Shown piece by piece: positions 29,421-40,348 of a stretch of 64,000 bases of DNA (within the stretch, counting starts at the first letter, position 1; every line of letters starts with the position of its first letter). The notes below the pieces were generated by a model, which saw only the letters and a list, made by a program, of their open reading frames with translations, was not told where the DNA came from and made no database searches. Origin of the DNA: an uncultured Planctomycetaceae bacterium (lineage in GTDB: Bacteria; Planctomycetota; Planctomycetia; Isosphaerales; Isosphaeraceae); assembly GCA_963833985.1 (NCBI GenBank), contig CAWIAD010000001.1, forward strand, positions 1,856,001-1,920,000, in the 5' to 3' direction. The position numbers were made by a program, and so were the translations under genes.

Positions 29421-30677
29421 ATGCTCGCCGCGCTCGCCGAACCGGTCGAGTCCACTTCCACCTCCACGTCCACGTCCGCCACGACCATATGCCCTGACCC
29501 GGCCAGCAAACGGGCCGAGGCCAGCCGGGCCAATGGGCGGCTGTCGCGCGGGCCGACTTCCCTGGCTGGGAAGGAACGCAGCCGGCGCAATGGCTGCAAG
29601 GAGGGGCTCACCGGCGCGGGGGTCGTTTTGCCGCCGGACGCGGACGCGGAGGTCGAACGCCGCGCGGCCGAGTTCAGCCGCGACTTCCGGCCGCGCAACG
29701 CGATCGAACGCGAGCTGGTGCGGCAGATGGCGCTCGGGGCCTGGCGCCGCGAGGTGCTGTTCACGCGGATCCTCCGGCATGACGCCCGCAGCAACGCCGC
29801 CCGGTTCGCCACCTGGGAGCAGGATGAGCGCATTGCCGCGACCGAGAACGGCCGCCGGCTGGGCGACGACCCCGAGGGTGCCGTCGCGCGGCTTCAGCGC
29901 AGCTCGGCCGGCTGCGACTGGCTGGTCGGACGCTGGACGCTGCTGGGCAACGGCCTGCTCTCAAGCGACGGCGACGAAGGCGGGCCGGGCTGCACCTGGA
30001 CCGATGCCGACCTGGCCCTGGCCCTGGCGCTGGACCTGCTGGGCCTGCCGGCCGAGCTGCGCCACCTGGATCGCCAGGCAGCCAGCGTGCGGTCGCTGTG
30101 CGCGCAGGCCCGGTCGGGCTCGGACGAGGCGGTGGACGGGCTGCTTGAAATCGTCGCGGAGCAGGTGGCCGAGCTGGAACATCGGAGTGAGGAGGTGTGG
30201 GAAGGGGTCGAGCAGCCGCGGCTGGAGGACTGGCGCTCGGGAGTGGAGATGGACCTGGGGCCCGAGGGGACGCGGCTGCGCCGCTATGAAGCGGCCGCCG
30301 ATCGGCTCTTCCGCTCGGCGTGGACCAAGCTGGAGGGGCTGCGGAAGGAGCGCGGAGTGCCCTTGATGCACCGTTCCGAACGCGAGCCTGCCGCCGAGCC
30401 CGCCGCGCGGCCCGAACCGCCCGCGTCGCCTTCCCCCGAGCCGGCTCCCCGCGCTGTGGCCCCGCCGCCGGTGCGTCCTGAGACTGCCGTGTCAGCCCCG
30501 GCGGTGCGGAACGATCCATCCCCGGTGCTCGATTTCTGGATCGGCGGCCCGCCCACGGCCGGGACCGGGACCGGGACCGCGCTCGACGCTGACGAGCTGT
30601 TCCCGAACAAGACGAACCCGGCGCCAGGCCGGCCGGCGCACGGAGCCCAGGCCGCCAGGTGCGGAAAACCTCGGTAG
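29421..30677 (+). CDS. Hypothetical protein with N-terminal SRxN...S.GP.S..GK.RS..N...GL motif
   Basis: AAGGAG RBS, 418 aa, helical core, Pro-rich tail ending NKTNP. Confidence 0.7.
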   Translation: MLAALAEPVESTSTSTSTSATTICPDPASKRAEASRANGRLSRGPTSLAGKERSRRNGCKEGLTGAGVVLPPDADAEVERRAAEFSRDFRPRNAIERELVRQMALGAWRREVLFTRILRHDARSNAARFATWEQDERIAATENGRRLGDDPEGAVARLQRSSAGCDWLVGRWTLLGNGLLSSDGDEGGPGCTWTDADLALALALDLLGLPAELRHLDRQAASVRSLCAQARSGSDEAVDGLLEIVAEQVAELEHRSEEVWEGVEQPRLEDWRSGVEMDLGPEGTRLRRYEAAADRLFRSAWTKLEGLRKERGVPLMHRSEREPAAEPAARPEPPASPSPEPAPRAVAPPPVRPETAVSAPAVRNDPSPVLDFWIGGPPTAGTGTGTALDADELFPNKTNPAPGRPAHGAQAARCGKPR

Positions 30678-30935
30678 CAACCTTGTGGACCCGGATCGGT
30701 CCGCCAGGTTTCACCGTAGACTGTAGACTGAGGTCGGACAGGAACGGGCCGCCCGGCCAGCCGTTCGGGGCCTGGACCATTGCTTCCGGCACACGGCCGG
30801 TGCGATAGTCAGTCGTCAGGTCACGTTGTGGGTCGCGACTGTGATGCGGCAGAGAGTGCAGCCACAGCCCGGAGCGGCTCCTTCGTTCCGTGCGGCTGGG
30901 CGTGCAGGGCCTCGTCTCGAGGATCGTAGAGCATC

Positions 30936-31787
30936 ATGATCGAACCAGTTCGCCAGGGTCCTGAGCTGCTCATGGAGATTGAGAGGACCAAACCGCCTCC
31001 AGGTTCGCTCTCGGTCTGGTGGTTGGGGCAGAGCGGGTTCCTGATCAAGTCCCGGAGTGGAATACTGGTCATCGATCCCTATCTCTCGGAATCTCTCACC
31101 CGGAAATACCAGGACACCGCGCGGCCGCACATCCGCATGACCCGCGCTCCGCTGTGCGGACGCGACCTGAAGACGGTCGACCTGGTCCTGGCATCGCACA
31201 AGCATTCGGACCACCTTGATCCCGAGACGCTGGGCGAGCTGCTGGCGGCCTCGCCCAACGCCCTGCTGGTGCTGCCGGCCAGCTTGCTGGACCACGCCCT
31301 GGCCATCGGCCTGCCGGCGCATCGCCTCCAGGGGACCGACGCTGGGAAGGTCTGCGAGCGGGCCGGGTTCCACGTCCGCGCCATCCCCTCGGCGCACGAG
31401 CAGATCGACCGGGACGACCAGGGACGCCATCTTTACCTGGGGTACGTCATCGAGACCGAAGGGCTGAGGCTGTATCATAGTGGAGACAGTCTGGCCTATG
31501 ACGGGCTAGCCGGAGCGCTGGGGGCGGGGCCATTCGACGTGCTCTTCCTGCCCGTCAACGGCCGCGACCCCGCGCGGGGCGTGCCGGGCAACATGTCAGC
31601 GGCCGAGGCGGTGGAGCTGGCAAGGAGCGTGAGGACACGGTACCTGGTGCCTCATCACTACGAGATGTTTACATTCAACACTGTCCCCGTGGAGACGTTC
31701 CGGTCCGAGGCCCGCCGCTTGCCGCCGGGTGTCGCTCCGCTCGTTTTGCGCTGCGGGCAGCGGTGGGAGATACGGTCGTGGGCGTGA
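30936..31787 (+). CDS. MBL-fold metallo-hydrolase (UlaG-like)
   Basis: WLGQSGF, IDPYLS, SHKHSDH, YHSGD, PVNG, PHHY. Confidence 0.88.
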   Translation: MIEPVRQGPELLMEIERTKPPPGSLSVWWLGQSGFLIKSRSGILVIDPYLSESLTRKYQDTARPHIRMTRAPLCGRDLKTVDLVLASHKHSDHLDPETLGELLAASPNALLVLPASLLDHALAIGLPAHRLQGTDAGKVCERAGFHVRAIPSAHEQIDRDDQGRHLYLGYVIETEGLRLYHSGDSLAYDGLAGALGAGPFDVLFLPVNGRDPARGVPGNMSAAEAVELARSVRTRYLVPHHYEMFTFNTVPVETFRSEARRLPPGVAPLVLRCGQRWEIRSWA

Positions 31788-33317
31788 CACTGGGCATCGA
31801 CATCGGGACCTCGGGCACGAAGACGCTGGCCATCGATGAGAAGGGGGCGATTCTGGCCTCGGCCTCGGCCGAGTATCCCTGCTCGCACCCGCATCCCGGC
31901 TGGTCCGAGCAGGACCCCGAGCTCTGGTGGCAGGGAACCGTCGAAACCCTGAGGAAGGTCCTGGCCGCGGGCACCTTCGCAGCTTCCGACGTGAAGGGAA
32001 TAGGCCTTTCCGGCCAGATGCACGGCTCGGTGTTTCTGGATCAGGGGGGCGCGGTGATTCGCCCCGCCCTGTTGTGGAACGACCAGCGCACCGCGGCCGA
32101 GTGCCGTGAGATCGAGGACCGGGTCGGCGGCCGGGCGGCACTGGTCAAGCTGGTGGCCAACCCCGCGCTCACGGGCTTCACCGCGCCCAAACTGCTGTGG
32201 GTGCGCAAGCACGAGCCGGCGCACTGGGAGCGGGTGCGGCAGGTTCTCTTGCCGAAGGATTACGTCCGCTACCGGCTCACCGGCAGCTACGCCACCGAGG
32301 TCAGCGACGCATCCGGCACGCTGCTGCTGGACGTGGCGAACCGCCGCTGGAGCAAGGAACTGCTGGGCAAGCTCGATCTCGACCCCGCGCTCTTGCCGCC
32401 ATGCCACGAGAGCCCCGAGGTCTCCGCGGTGGTGAGCGCCGCGGCGCCGAGGCGACCGGGGTGCCGAAGGGCACGCCGGTGGTGGGCGGAGGCGGCGATC
32501 AGCCAGCCGGCGCGGTGGGCAACGGCATCGTCCGCCAGGGAGTGGTCTCGGCCACGATGGGCACCTCCGGCGTGGTCTTCGCGCACGCCGACGAAGTGGG
32601 ATATGACCCTCTGGGCCGGCTCCAGCGCGGCTGCCATGCGGTGCCGGGCGCCTGGCACGTAATGGGCGTGGTGCTCGCGGCCGGCGGCAGCTTCCAGTGG
32701 TTCCGCAACGAGCTGGGCAAGGCGGAAATCGCTCGCGGCAAGGAGCAGGGGATGGACCCGTATTACATCCTCACCGCGGAAGCGGCCATCGCCGGCCCGG
32801 CGCAGAGGGGCTCTTCTTTCTGCCCTACCTGACGGGCGAGCGCACGCCGCACTTCGACCCCGACGCCAAGGGTGGCTGGGTTGGACTGACGGTCCGCCAC
32901 GGCCGGCCGCACCTCATCCGCGCCGTGCTGGAGGGGGCCACGTTCGCGATGCGCGACAGCCTGGAGCTGATCCGCGAGATGGGCGTGAGCATCGAGCAGA
33001 TCCGCCTCTCCGGCGGCGGCGCCCGCAACCCGCTCTGGCGGCAGATTCAGGCCGACATCTACGGCGGCGACGTGCACACGCTCAATTCCAGCGAGGGACC
33101 GGCCTTCGGCGTGGCGCTCCTGGCCCAGGTGGGCACCGGCGCCTTCGCCTCGGTTCCCGAGGCCTGCGACGCCACCATCCGCACGGTGGAATCGACGGCA
33201 TGCGATCCCAGGGTGAAGGCGTTCTACGACCGGTCGTATAAAATCTACAAGAAGCTTTATGTCGACCTCCGTGAATCGTTCCAGATGATGAGCGAACTGG
33301 TAAAGCATTCGCTCTGA
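31778..33317 (+). CDS. xylB: Xylulokinase; two frameshifts (near 32444 and 32800)
   Basis: GIDIGTSG, GLSGQMHG, WNDQR, GGGDQ, PYLTGERTP, SGGGA across three consecutive ORFs. Confidence 0.88.
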
Positions 33318-33433
33318 GCGGCCGGTGGTTGCAGGGTCAGGCCTGGACACGACCAGCGCCGGGGGACCGCAGCTTGGCGAGGAAACGGCGATCCGCGGGG
33401 AGCCCGGCCCGGGGGACTTCAGGCAATCCGCCC

Positions 33434-35523
33434 ATGCGGGCGACGGCCGGGACTGCCTCTCTGACCCAGGGAGCCTTGGCACGTCCGGGGGAACGCCGCG
33501 CGCAGATTGCGACGATCCTGGCCGTCGCCGGATTGCTGGCGGTGCACACCGCCCTGGCCGAGAACAGCCTGGTGCGCGAGAACCCGACGGTCGACGAGGT
33601 CGTGCATCTGCCGGCCGGCATCACTTACTGGCAGAAGAGGACCTTCAAGCTCTACCACCACAGCCCGCCCTTGCTGCGCATGGTCGCTGCGCTGCCCGTC
33701 TTATGGTGGGCGGACCCGGTGACCGAGCCGGTCTACCAGCAAAAGAGCTGGAATGCGGCGGACCCGTCGCCTTCGACGTTCTCGCAGACCTTCGCGTTCG
33801 TGAACCAGGAGCATTACTTCGACATTTTCCGGCTCGCACGCAGCGTCATGCCGCTGTTCTCGATCGTGGGCGGACTCGTCGTCTTCACCTGGTCGAGCCG
33901 GCTTTACGGATCTCTCGGCGGACTGCTCAGCCTGGCGCTCTGGGTCTTCTGCCCGAACGTCCTGGCGCACTGCCGGCTGGTGACAACGGACGTGGGCTCG
34001 ACGGCCCTGGGCGCCGCGGCGACGTTCGTGTTCTGGCTCTATCTCCAGCGTCCCTCGTGGCTGCGGGCCGTCGCGGCCGGGGCCTTGCTTGGCCTGGCGC
34101 AGCTCACCAAGTTCAGCATGCTCTTGCTCTATGCGGTCTGGCCATTGCTCTGGGTCGTCCGCCTGCTACTCGCGGTGCCCCGCGCCGAGCGCTGGCGGAG
34201 AGCCCTGGCGGGAGCCTGCCAGGGCGTCTTGATGGTGACGCTGAGCATCCTGACCATCGATGCGGGTTATGGCTTCGAGGGCGTGGGCCGGCCCCTGGGG
34301 AGCTTCGAATTCGCGTCATTGACGCTCACCCGCCCCGTGACCGTTGGCGTGCGCAAGCCGCCCGCCTCCCGAAACGAGCTGTTCGCCATGCTCTGGCCGT
34401 TCCGCGAGAACCGTTTCCGGGGAACGCTCCTGGAACGGCTGCCCGCGCCCTTGCCCGAGCACTACCTGCTTGGTTTCGACGAGCAGAAGGTCGAGGCCGA
34501 CGGGATGCCCGAGCGCTACATCCGGGCCTTTCAGGCACTCGGCGAGGGAGATGTCGCGCGGCGCGCGGGGAGGCCGCTTCCTCGGACGCCAGCGTGCGCG
34601 GCTACCCGGTGTACCTCAACGGCGTCCTGAGGCGGTCAGGCTGGTGGAACTACTACCTGCTGGCCCTGGTGTACAAGGTCCCCGAGGGGACCTGGCTGCT
34701 GGTGCTGCTCTCGGTCGTTGCGCTGGCGGTCGTGCGCAGGACCCCCGCGGCCTGGGCCGACGAGTTCGCGCTCTGGACCGTGCCCGTGATCGTCCTGGTG
34801 TCGATGAGCTTCCTCACGAACATCAACCTAGGTCTCCGATATGTTATATCTATATTTCCTTATTTGTTTATCGCGGCGGGCAAGGTCGTTCCGTGGGTCG
34901 AGGAGCAGGGCGGGGTGTGGCGGCGGATCGGGCGCATCTTCGTCGGCGGCTGCCTGGGCCTGACGGTCGCGGCCGCGCTCTGGATTCACCCGCACTATCT
35001 CGCGTACTTCAACTGGGCATCCGGCGGGCCTGGGCGCGTGCCGGCCCGCCTGATTGACAGCAACCTGGACTGGGGCCAGGACCTGGTGGGTCTGCGCGAC
35101 TGGTGCCGCGAACACGCTCCCGGAGAGACGATCGGCCTGGCGTATTTCGGTCAGATCAACCCCGCGATGCTGGCGCATGCGGGGGGCGGCATCGACTGGC
35201 TCTTGCCCCCCGTCCTGCCCGGCTCGACCGTGCCGATGGAGCGCGAGAGGAACCTTCCACCGCCCCGCCTGGTCGGTCCGATGAAGCGCTTGAGACCGGG
35301 CTATTACGCCATCAGCACCAGCCTGGTGTACGGCCTGCCCTGGCGGCTCTACGACCCTTCGCCGGTCATGCCGGACGCCTGGGCCCCCGCCTGGAACGCC
35401 GGCGAAGACGCGTTCGGCTACTTCCGCCGCTTCACGCCCATCGACCAGGTTGGCCATTCCATCCTGATCTACAATCTCACCCAGGAGGACATCGACCGGA
35501 ACGGACCGAGATTTGGCCCTTGA
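33434..35523 (+). CDS. GT-C fold glycosyltransferase (family 39/ArnT-like); frameshift near 34560
   Basis: TVDE..H, HSPPL, multiple TM helices, TKFS, GLRY, DSNLDWGQD. Start uncertain. Confidence 0.82.
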
Positions 35524-35574
35524 CCGCCGGCACGGAAAGCTCTGTCGTGACTCGCGCCGAAAGGGGTCAGTTAC

Positions 35575-37053
35575 GAATGCCACAAAGTTAGTCAGAAGTG
35601 CTTCATTGGCAACTGTTTGCGGAGTTCGGATCTGGGCCTAGTCATCCGCATGTATTGTTTTGGTCGTCGCTTTACGACTCGGGGCTCGACGCGTCCACGG
35701 CGCAATGGGTTGATGACGATCCGCGCGGGCTCAGAACCCCCTTCGGACCCGATCAGCCAGCGCACCGCGTCGATCAAGCCGATCCGATCCGGATCAACGC
35801 CGCGCATGCGTGCCGACTCCAGCATGACCGATCTTACCAGGTTATACGCCAGGCTGAAAATCGCCAGCTCTTTGAGAACCCCTTCGACTGTCTCGCAACG
35901 CAGAACATCCATCTTCATGCTAATCTTTATATGACGAAAATTGAGTTCGACTCTCCACCTCTTGTAGTAGAGTTCGGCCAGCTCTGTCGCCGGGTAGGTC
36001 GATGCGTCTAACAGAGTCGTGACCAGCGTGATTTGCGCACCCGATACCCGGGTGTCTCGACCCGGTACCTCAGCTCGCGCACGGTGATCTCGGAGGGCAG
36101 CACCTCGAACTCATCCGCCGACATCCACTTCGGATGGGATTTCGATTTAAACCATGTGACAATCTGATCTGCGGTTCCCTGCGCCAACACCCACCGCGAA
36201 CTCGGCAGACCCTGCGGCCTGGGGTACGGACCCTTCCTCCTGGCCATCGGACGACCCGGCGTGAAATCGACGATCTGCTGCTGGTGCACGCGGAAAACCG
36301 CATGCAGACCGCGTTGCAGTAATATCGCCAGATGAGCATACGAGCAAAATCCGCGGTCACCGAGCACGATGTCTCCCGGCTCCAGGCCGTCGGAGATCGG
36401 GCCAACCTGGGACATCTCGTGGGTCCGCAAAGGGGCCGTCCTCGAACGCAGAAGCATGCCGGTGGTGACGTCGAAGAGGGCCAGCCATTTCGCCACCGGG
36501 AAGCCACAGCCCTTGCGTTGACCGCTGGGTTGGCCGAAGTGACGTTGCAGTTCTGGTTGGTCCGGCATGGAGAAGCTGGAGCTGTCGACGACCCAGATTC
36601 GGTGCCCGAGCCACCGCGCGCCATCCGAAGCAGTCCGCACGGCGGCAGCGGTCCGCTCCACGAGCCAGTCGAAGACGGCCAGCGGAAGCCGCTTTCGCGC
36701 CAGGCAGTAGGCGCTGTCGGTGAAGGTCCAAGCGCCGAAGTGCACCACGTGGCGACAAGCCGTGTTGCCATGAAGGACCTGGAGAAGGAACAGATAAATG
36801 GTCGTCGCGGGGTCGAGAACGCGATTCCGCCAGCGGTGTTTCGCCTGGCGGCAGGCTTCTTCGATCGTCTCCCGGGACAATCCCGCGGCGATATCTTGGC
36901 GCAGTCGATCGAGAATAGGGATGATGCGAGGCGGCATGGGTGGGGCTCCCTCCAGCAACTGTGGGTCCTGGTACTTCCCACAGGATGCCCGGAGCCTCAC
37001 CCATGGCGCAAGATCAAATGGCACAATTAGTTAAAATTAACTTCGCGGCATTC
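35575..37053 (-). mobile_element. IS4-family insertion sequence (1479 bp) with imperfect 17-bp TIRs and 11-bp TSD
   Basis: Left end GAATGCCACAAAGTTAG; right end as reverse complement GAATGCCGCGAAGTTAA. Direct repeat GGGTCAGTTAC at 35564-35574 and 37054-37064. Confidence 0.93.
35592..36937 (-). CDS. IS4-family DDE transposase; frameshift near 36035
   Basis: VVDSS, GDRGF, and YYKRWRVE (Y-x2-R-x3-E) after frame correction. Confidence 0.9.
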
Positions 37054-37056
37054 GGG

Positions 37057-39135
37057 TCAGTTACCCTTCAGGAACGTGCCATTGATCCTGTCCTTGTTCT
37101 GATTGGCTCCGGTGTACCCCTGCGCGTCGACATTGACGAAACAGGTGTCGATCCAGTATCCGCCGGGCGCCTGGGGATTCTTCCACCGGAGCGTCAGCCG
37201 GTCATTCACGATCGACCAGGTATCAGCGCTATCGGGTGAATCCAACCTGCCGTTCGCATAGTAGGTGATCGTACCCGGCGTGGCTTGCCCCTGGACGAAG
37301 TGCTTCGAGCGGGCGACCACCTGCTGATCAATCAAGGTTTTCAGGTCGTCGGGAATCCGGGAGGACGTGAAGTAGGAAAGGACCTTTGCACGCGCTGAGC
37401 CCATTTGCATCAGATAGTCCGTCACGGCGTTTCGCATCATCTGGGACCACGGAATCAGCCCGTGCTTTTCAAAGGCCGCCCGTTCGGCTCTGAGACGGTC
37501 GATCGACGGCGTGGATCTTGCGCCCTTGCGCGACGCATTGTTGTTCGCGGCCGGGACGGTTCCTTCGAACTGGGCAAGCAAATTCTTTCGGGCCCTGGCA
37601 ACGGTCGTCAGGTATTCTTCACGGATCGACGTGACATCCATGTCCATCCGCGCCGGTCCACCGCCCGGTGCGGGCCTTGCTGCTTGCACCGCGGCCACTC
37701 CGGGCGGCCGGGACAGCTCGTACACGCGTACTCCACCGACGATATCGCTGATCGCCAGCCTCGACCCGTTCCCGGCCAGCGCGATCCTGATCGCGGTGCT
37801 CTGGATGATGCTGAAGTATCCAGAGGGCGTACCGCTTCCACCGTGTTGCTCGAGGTGTTCTTCGGTCGGACGCACTGTTCCCAGCACCCGTGTGCTGCCC
37901 CCGTCCCACACGTCGACCTTGTTTTCCCGGACCCCGCGGTTCCGGACGTCGTGATAATGGAGTGCGGCCAGCCGGGTGCCATCGGCGCTCATGACAACCT
38001 GAGGCTCGAACCAGCCGTCGGGATCTCGCTGGCTTCCCAGTCCCGGGGGTACCGGCGAGTTGCGGTTCCCCCCTGCCGCGGGCTGCCCCTGTGGCCAAAC
38101 ATAGAATAGCATACTCATATGTTCTCCACTAAATGGATCTAACCGCTCGAAATGGCGACCCCCGTGGTCAACGAAGAGGGGCCCTCTCGAACTCCACACG
38201 AGCGATCCGAGGCTGCGGCCGGCCTTCTGAAAGAGGAGCCTCGGAGCAACCTGTCCTGCATCGAGGGAGAGCATTTTCAAGGAGAGAACCGAATCCTGAG
38301 GGCGGTCGGGACGGGCATGGTTTCGTTCCGACGACGGGCCGTCGGACCCCGAGAGGAAGAGTGCCAGCCGCTTGCCGTCGGGGGAGAACGCCAGGGAGTC
38401 GGTCCAGTTGACCTTACCCTGGTGCGCCACGCCGGGAAGCTGCCACGCTGCCTTGCGCCCGGCCATGTCCCAGACGGTCACTTCCCTGGCCTTGAAGTCC
38501 TGGGCCGATCCTCGCAAAGGCGGCACGGCCGGTAGCCGTCGTCGGATGTTCCCCCGTGCGGGCGGCGCTGGCGCCGGTGCGGCGTGTGAGGCGGCCACCT
38601 TCTCATTGTGGACCGTGGCCAGGTATCGTCCGTCGGGTGAGATGGCAACCGCCGTGAACACGCCGCTCTGTGACGGCGACAAGGGCGCACCGATCCTCTT
38701 TCCGCTGGCCACGTCCCACACCTCGTAGGAGCCCAGGGGTCCCACACTCCGTTTTTCTATGAGTTTAACCAGTCCTTCCGATTGGCCGAAGCCATTATTG
38801 ACGGTGAGCAAGGACTTGCCGTCAGCCGAGAACTCCAGATAGGTGAAGTTTGCCCTGGCCTCGCGAAACGAGCTCAGCTTGGTCCCGCTGCCGACATCCC
38901 AGACGGTGATCTCGCCGGGAATTGTGACCACCTTGCCGTCCGTGCCGATGATCACGTTCACCGAGGCGCCGGCGACTCGAGTTCCGTCCGGAGAGACGGC
39001 AAGCCAGTTCAGAGGTCGACCGTTCCCCTTCAGAGCAACCATCTCCGGCATGTCGAACGCGTGGCCCTCCGCAACGAATACGCAGCAGAACATGGCGCCC
39101 GCGAGACCGAAAGCCCGGGTCTGGTGTTTCATCAA
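37057..39135 (-). CDS. Secreted WD40-like beta-propeller protein with uncharacterised C-terminal domain
   Basis: Signal peptide; repeated (F/I)SPDG...TVWD motifs. Confidence 0.78.
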   Translation of the reverse strand: MMKHQTRAFGLAGAMFCCVFVAEGHAFDMPEMVALKGNGRPLNWLAVSPDGTRVAGASVNVIIGTDGKVVTIPGEITVWDVGSGTKLSSFREARANFTYLEFSADGKSLLTVNNGFGQSEGLVKLIEKRSVGPLGSYEVWDVASGKRIGAPLSPSQSGVFTAVAISPDGRYLATVHNEKVAASHAAPAPAPPARGNIRRRLPAVPPLRGSAQDFKAREVTVWDMAGRKAAWQLPGVAHQGKVNWTDSLAFSPDGKRLALFLSGSDGPSSERNHARPDRPQDSVLSLKMLSLDAGQVAPRLLFQKAGRSLGSLVWSSRGPLFVDHGGRHFERLDPFSGEHMSMLFYVWPQGQPAAGGNRNSPVPPGLGSQRDPDGWFEPQVVMSADGTRLAALHYHDVRNRGVRENKVDVWDGGSTRVLGTVRPTEEHLEQHGGSGTPSGYFSIIQSTAIRIALAGNGSRLAISDIVGGVRVYELSRPPGVAAVQAARPAPGGGPARMDMDVTSIREEYLTTVARARKNLLAQFEGTVPAANNNASRKGARSTPSIDRLRAERAAFEKHGLIPWSQMMRNAVTDYLMQMGSARAKVLSYFTSSRIPDDLKTLIDQQVVARSKHFVQGQATPGTITYYANGRLDSPDSADTWSIVNDRLTLRWKNPQAPGGYWIDTCFVNVDAQGYTGANQNKDRINGTFLKGN

Positions 39136-39280
39136 AGGATTACTCTTATCAAGGAGTTGAAAGGAAATAACCTGTGACGACGATGCTTGGGCCGATCTGG
39201 AAACTCCATAATATCCACAATCTCATTCGTGGCGGCAAGCGTGTATACAATGCCCAGTAATCGGAGCCTCGAGACTTGAT

Positions 39281-40222
39281 TCAGGCCCGGCGAGATAACG
39301 GTTTCGAGCAGACGTAAACCTGCGCCAGGTCGTCCTCGGTGGTGGGGCCGAAGAAGACGGAAACGTCGAGGCCGGCCTGGGCGATGAGTTCGGGGACATC
39401 GGCGCCGAACTCGGTGAAGACGACGTAACCGGTGTCGCCGCCAGGGTGGCAGAGCCGCCCCGCCAGGACCTCCACGGAGCCATCGGCGCGAAGCCTGGCT
39501 CGCGAGAAGGTCCTGGCGACGGTCGGCAGGACGGGGATGGTGAAGAGATGGCAGCCGCCGGGCACGAGAATTCGACCGAGTTCGCGGAGTGCGGCGTCCA
39601 GGTCGGGAACATGCTTGAGTGTCTCCGAGGTGAGCAACAGGTCAAAGCTGCTGTCCGGGTAGGTCAGGCGGCACAGGTCCTCGGAGCGAACGCCATCCAC
39701 GACAGTCCCCGGAGCGGCACCGGGATGGTAATCCGACGCCTGGAATCCCGGCAGGACGGACAGTGCATCGTGCAGGCCCTCGATGCGGTTGATCTCGGCG
39801 ATCCGCAACCGCGCGGCCTCGGCGGATCGCACCCAGTCGCGAATCGACCGGACCGGGGCAGGGGGGGTGCCGACGGGGAACATCTGGAGCATCACCTCCG
39901 CGATGCGCCGGGCGCGGAGCTTTGCACCACAACCGGCACAGTCGCACGATTCCTTCCGCGCCAGGGCCGCCGCCAGGCGGGGCGTCAGGCCCCAGAGTTC
40001 GGCGAGCCGGGGTGGGATCACTCGCCGGCGATAGAGCATCGGCCGGAACCTGCCGCAGACGGAGCAATGCTGCCAGCGCCCGGAGAGGCACGCGCCGGTG
40101 TAATCGCGCGCAGCCAGCCCACCCGGTGCGCCTCGTTCCAGACCGGCACCAGGTATCGCTTCAGTCCGGCCGGGATCGGCAGCTTGCCCATGCGTCCTCC
40201 CGTTCTTGCCCGCAGCAGGCAC
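39281..40222 (-). CDS. Class I SAM-dependent methyltransferase-like protein with N-terminal CxxC...CxxC
   Basis: CSVCG, CAGCG, EDL..LTYPDSSFDLLL, HVPD, RILVPGG. Start uncertain. Confidence 0.75.
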   Translation of the reverse strand: MPAAGKNGRTHGQAADPGRTEAIPGAGLERGAPGGLAARDYTGACLSGRWQHCSVCGRFRPMLYRRRVIPPRLAELWGLTPRLAAALARKESCDCAGCGAKLRARRIAEVMLQMFPVGTPPAPVRSIRDWVRSAEAARLRIAEINRIEGLHDALSVLPGFQASDYHPGAAPGTVVDGVRSEDLCRLTYPDSSFDLLLTSETLKHVPDLDAALRELGRILVPGGCHLFTIPVLPTVARTFSRARLRADGSVEVLAGRLCHPGGDTGYVVFTEFGADVPELIAQAGLDVSVFFGPTTEDDLAQVYVCSKPLSRRA

Positions 40223-40348
40223 CCCTACGCTCCCGCGATTCGCCGTGCCTTGACCCCCGGGCGCGCTTTGATTACGATAGCTTTATCTGAGTGCCCCCTG
40301 CTCGATGTTTCTAACGGCAAACGCGGCAGCCAATTAGGACGATTATTG

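Noticed and set aside
39446..40348. Long N-terminal extension on ispG
   Set aside because: It is the antisense of the methyltransferase gene; IspG similarity starts at the ATG at 40349.
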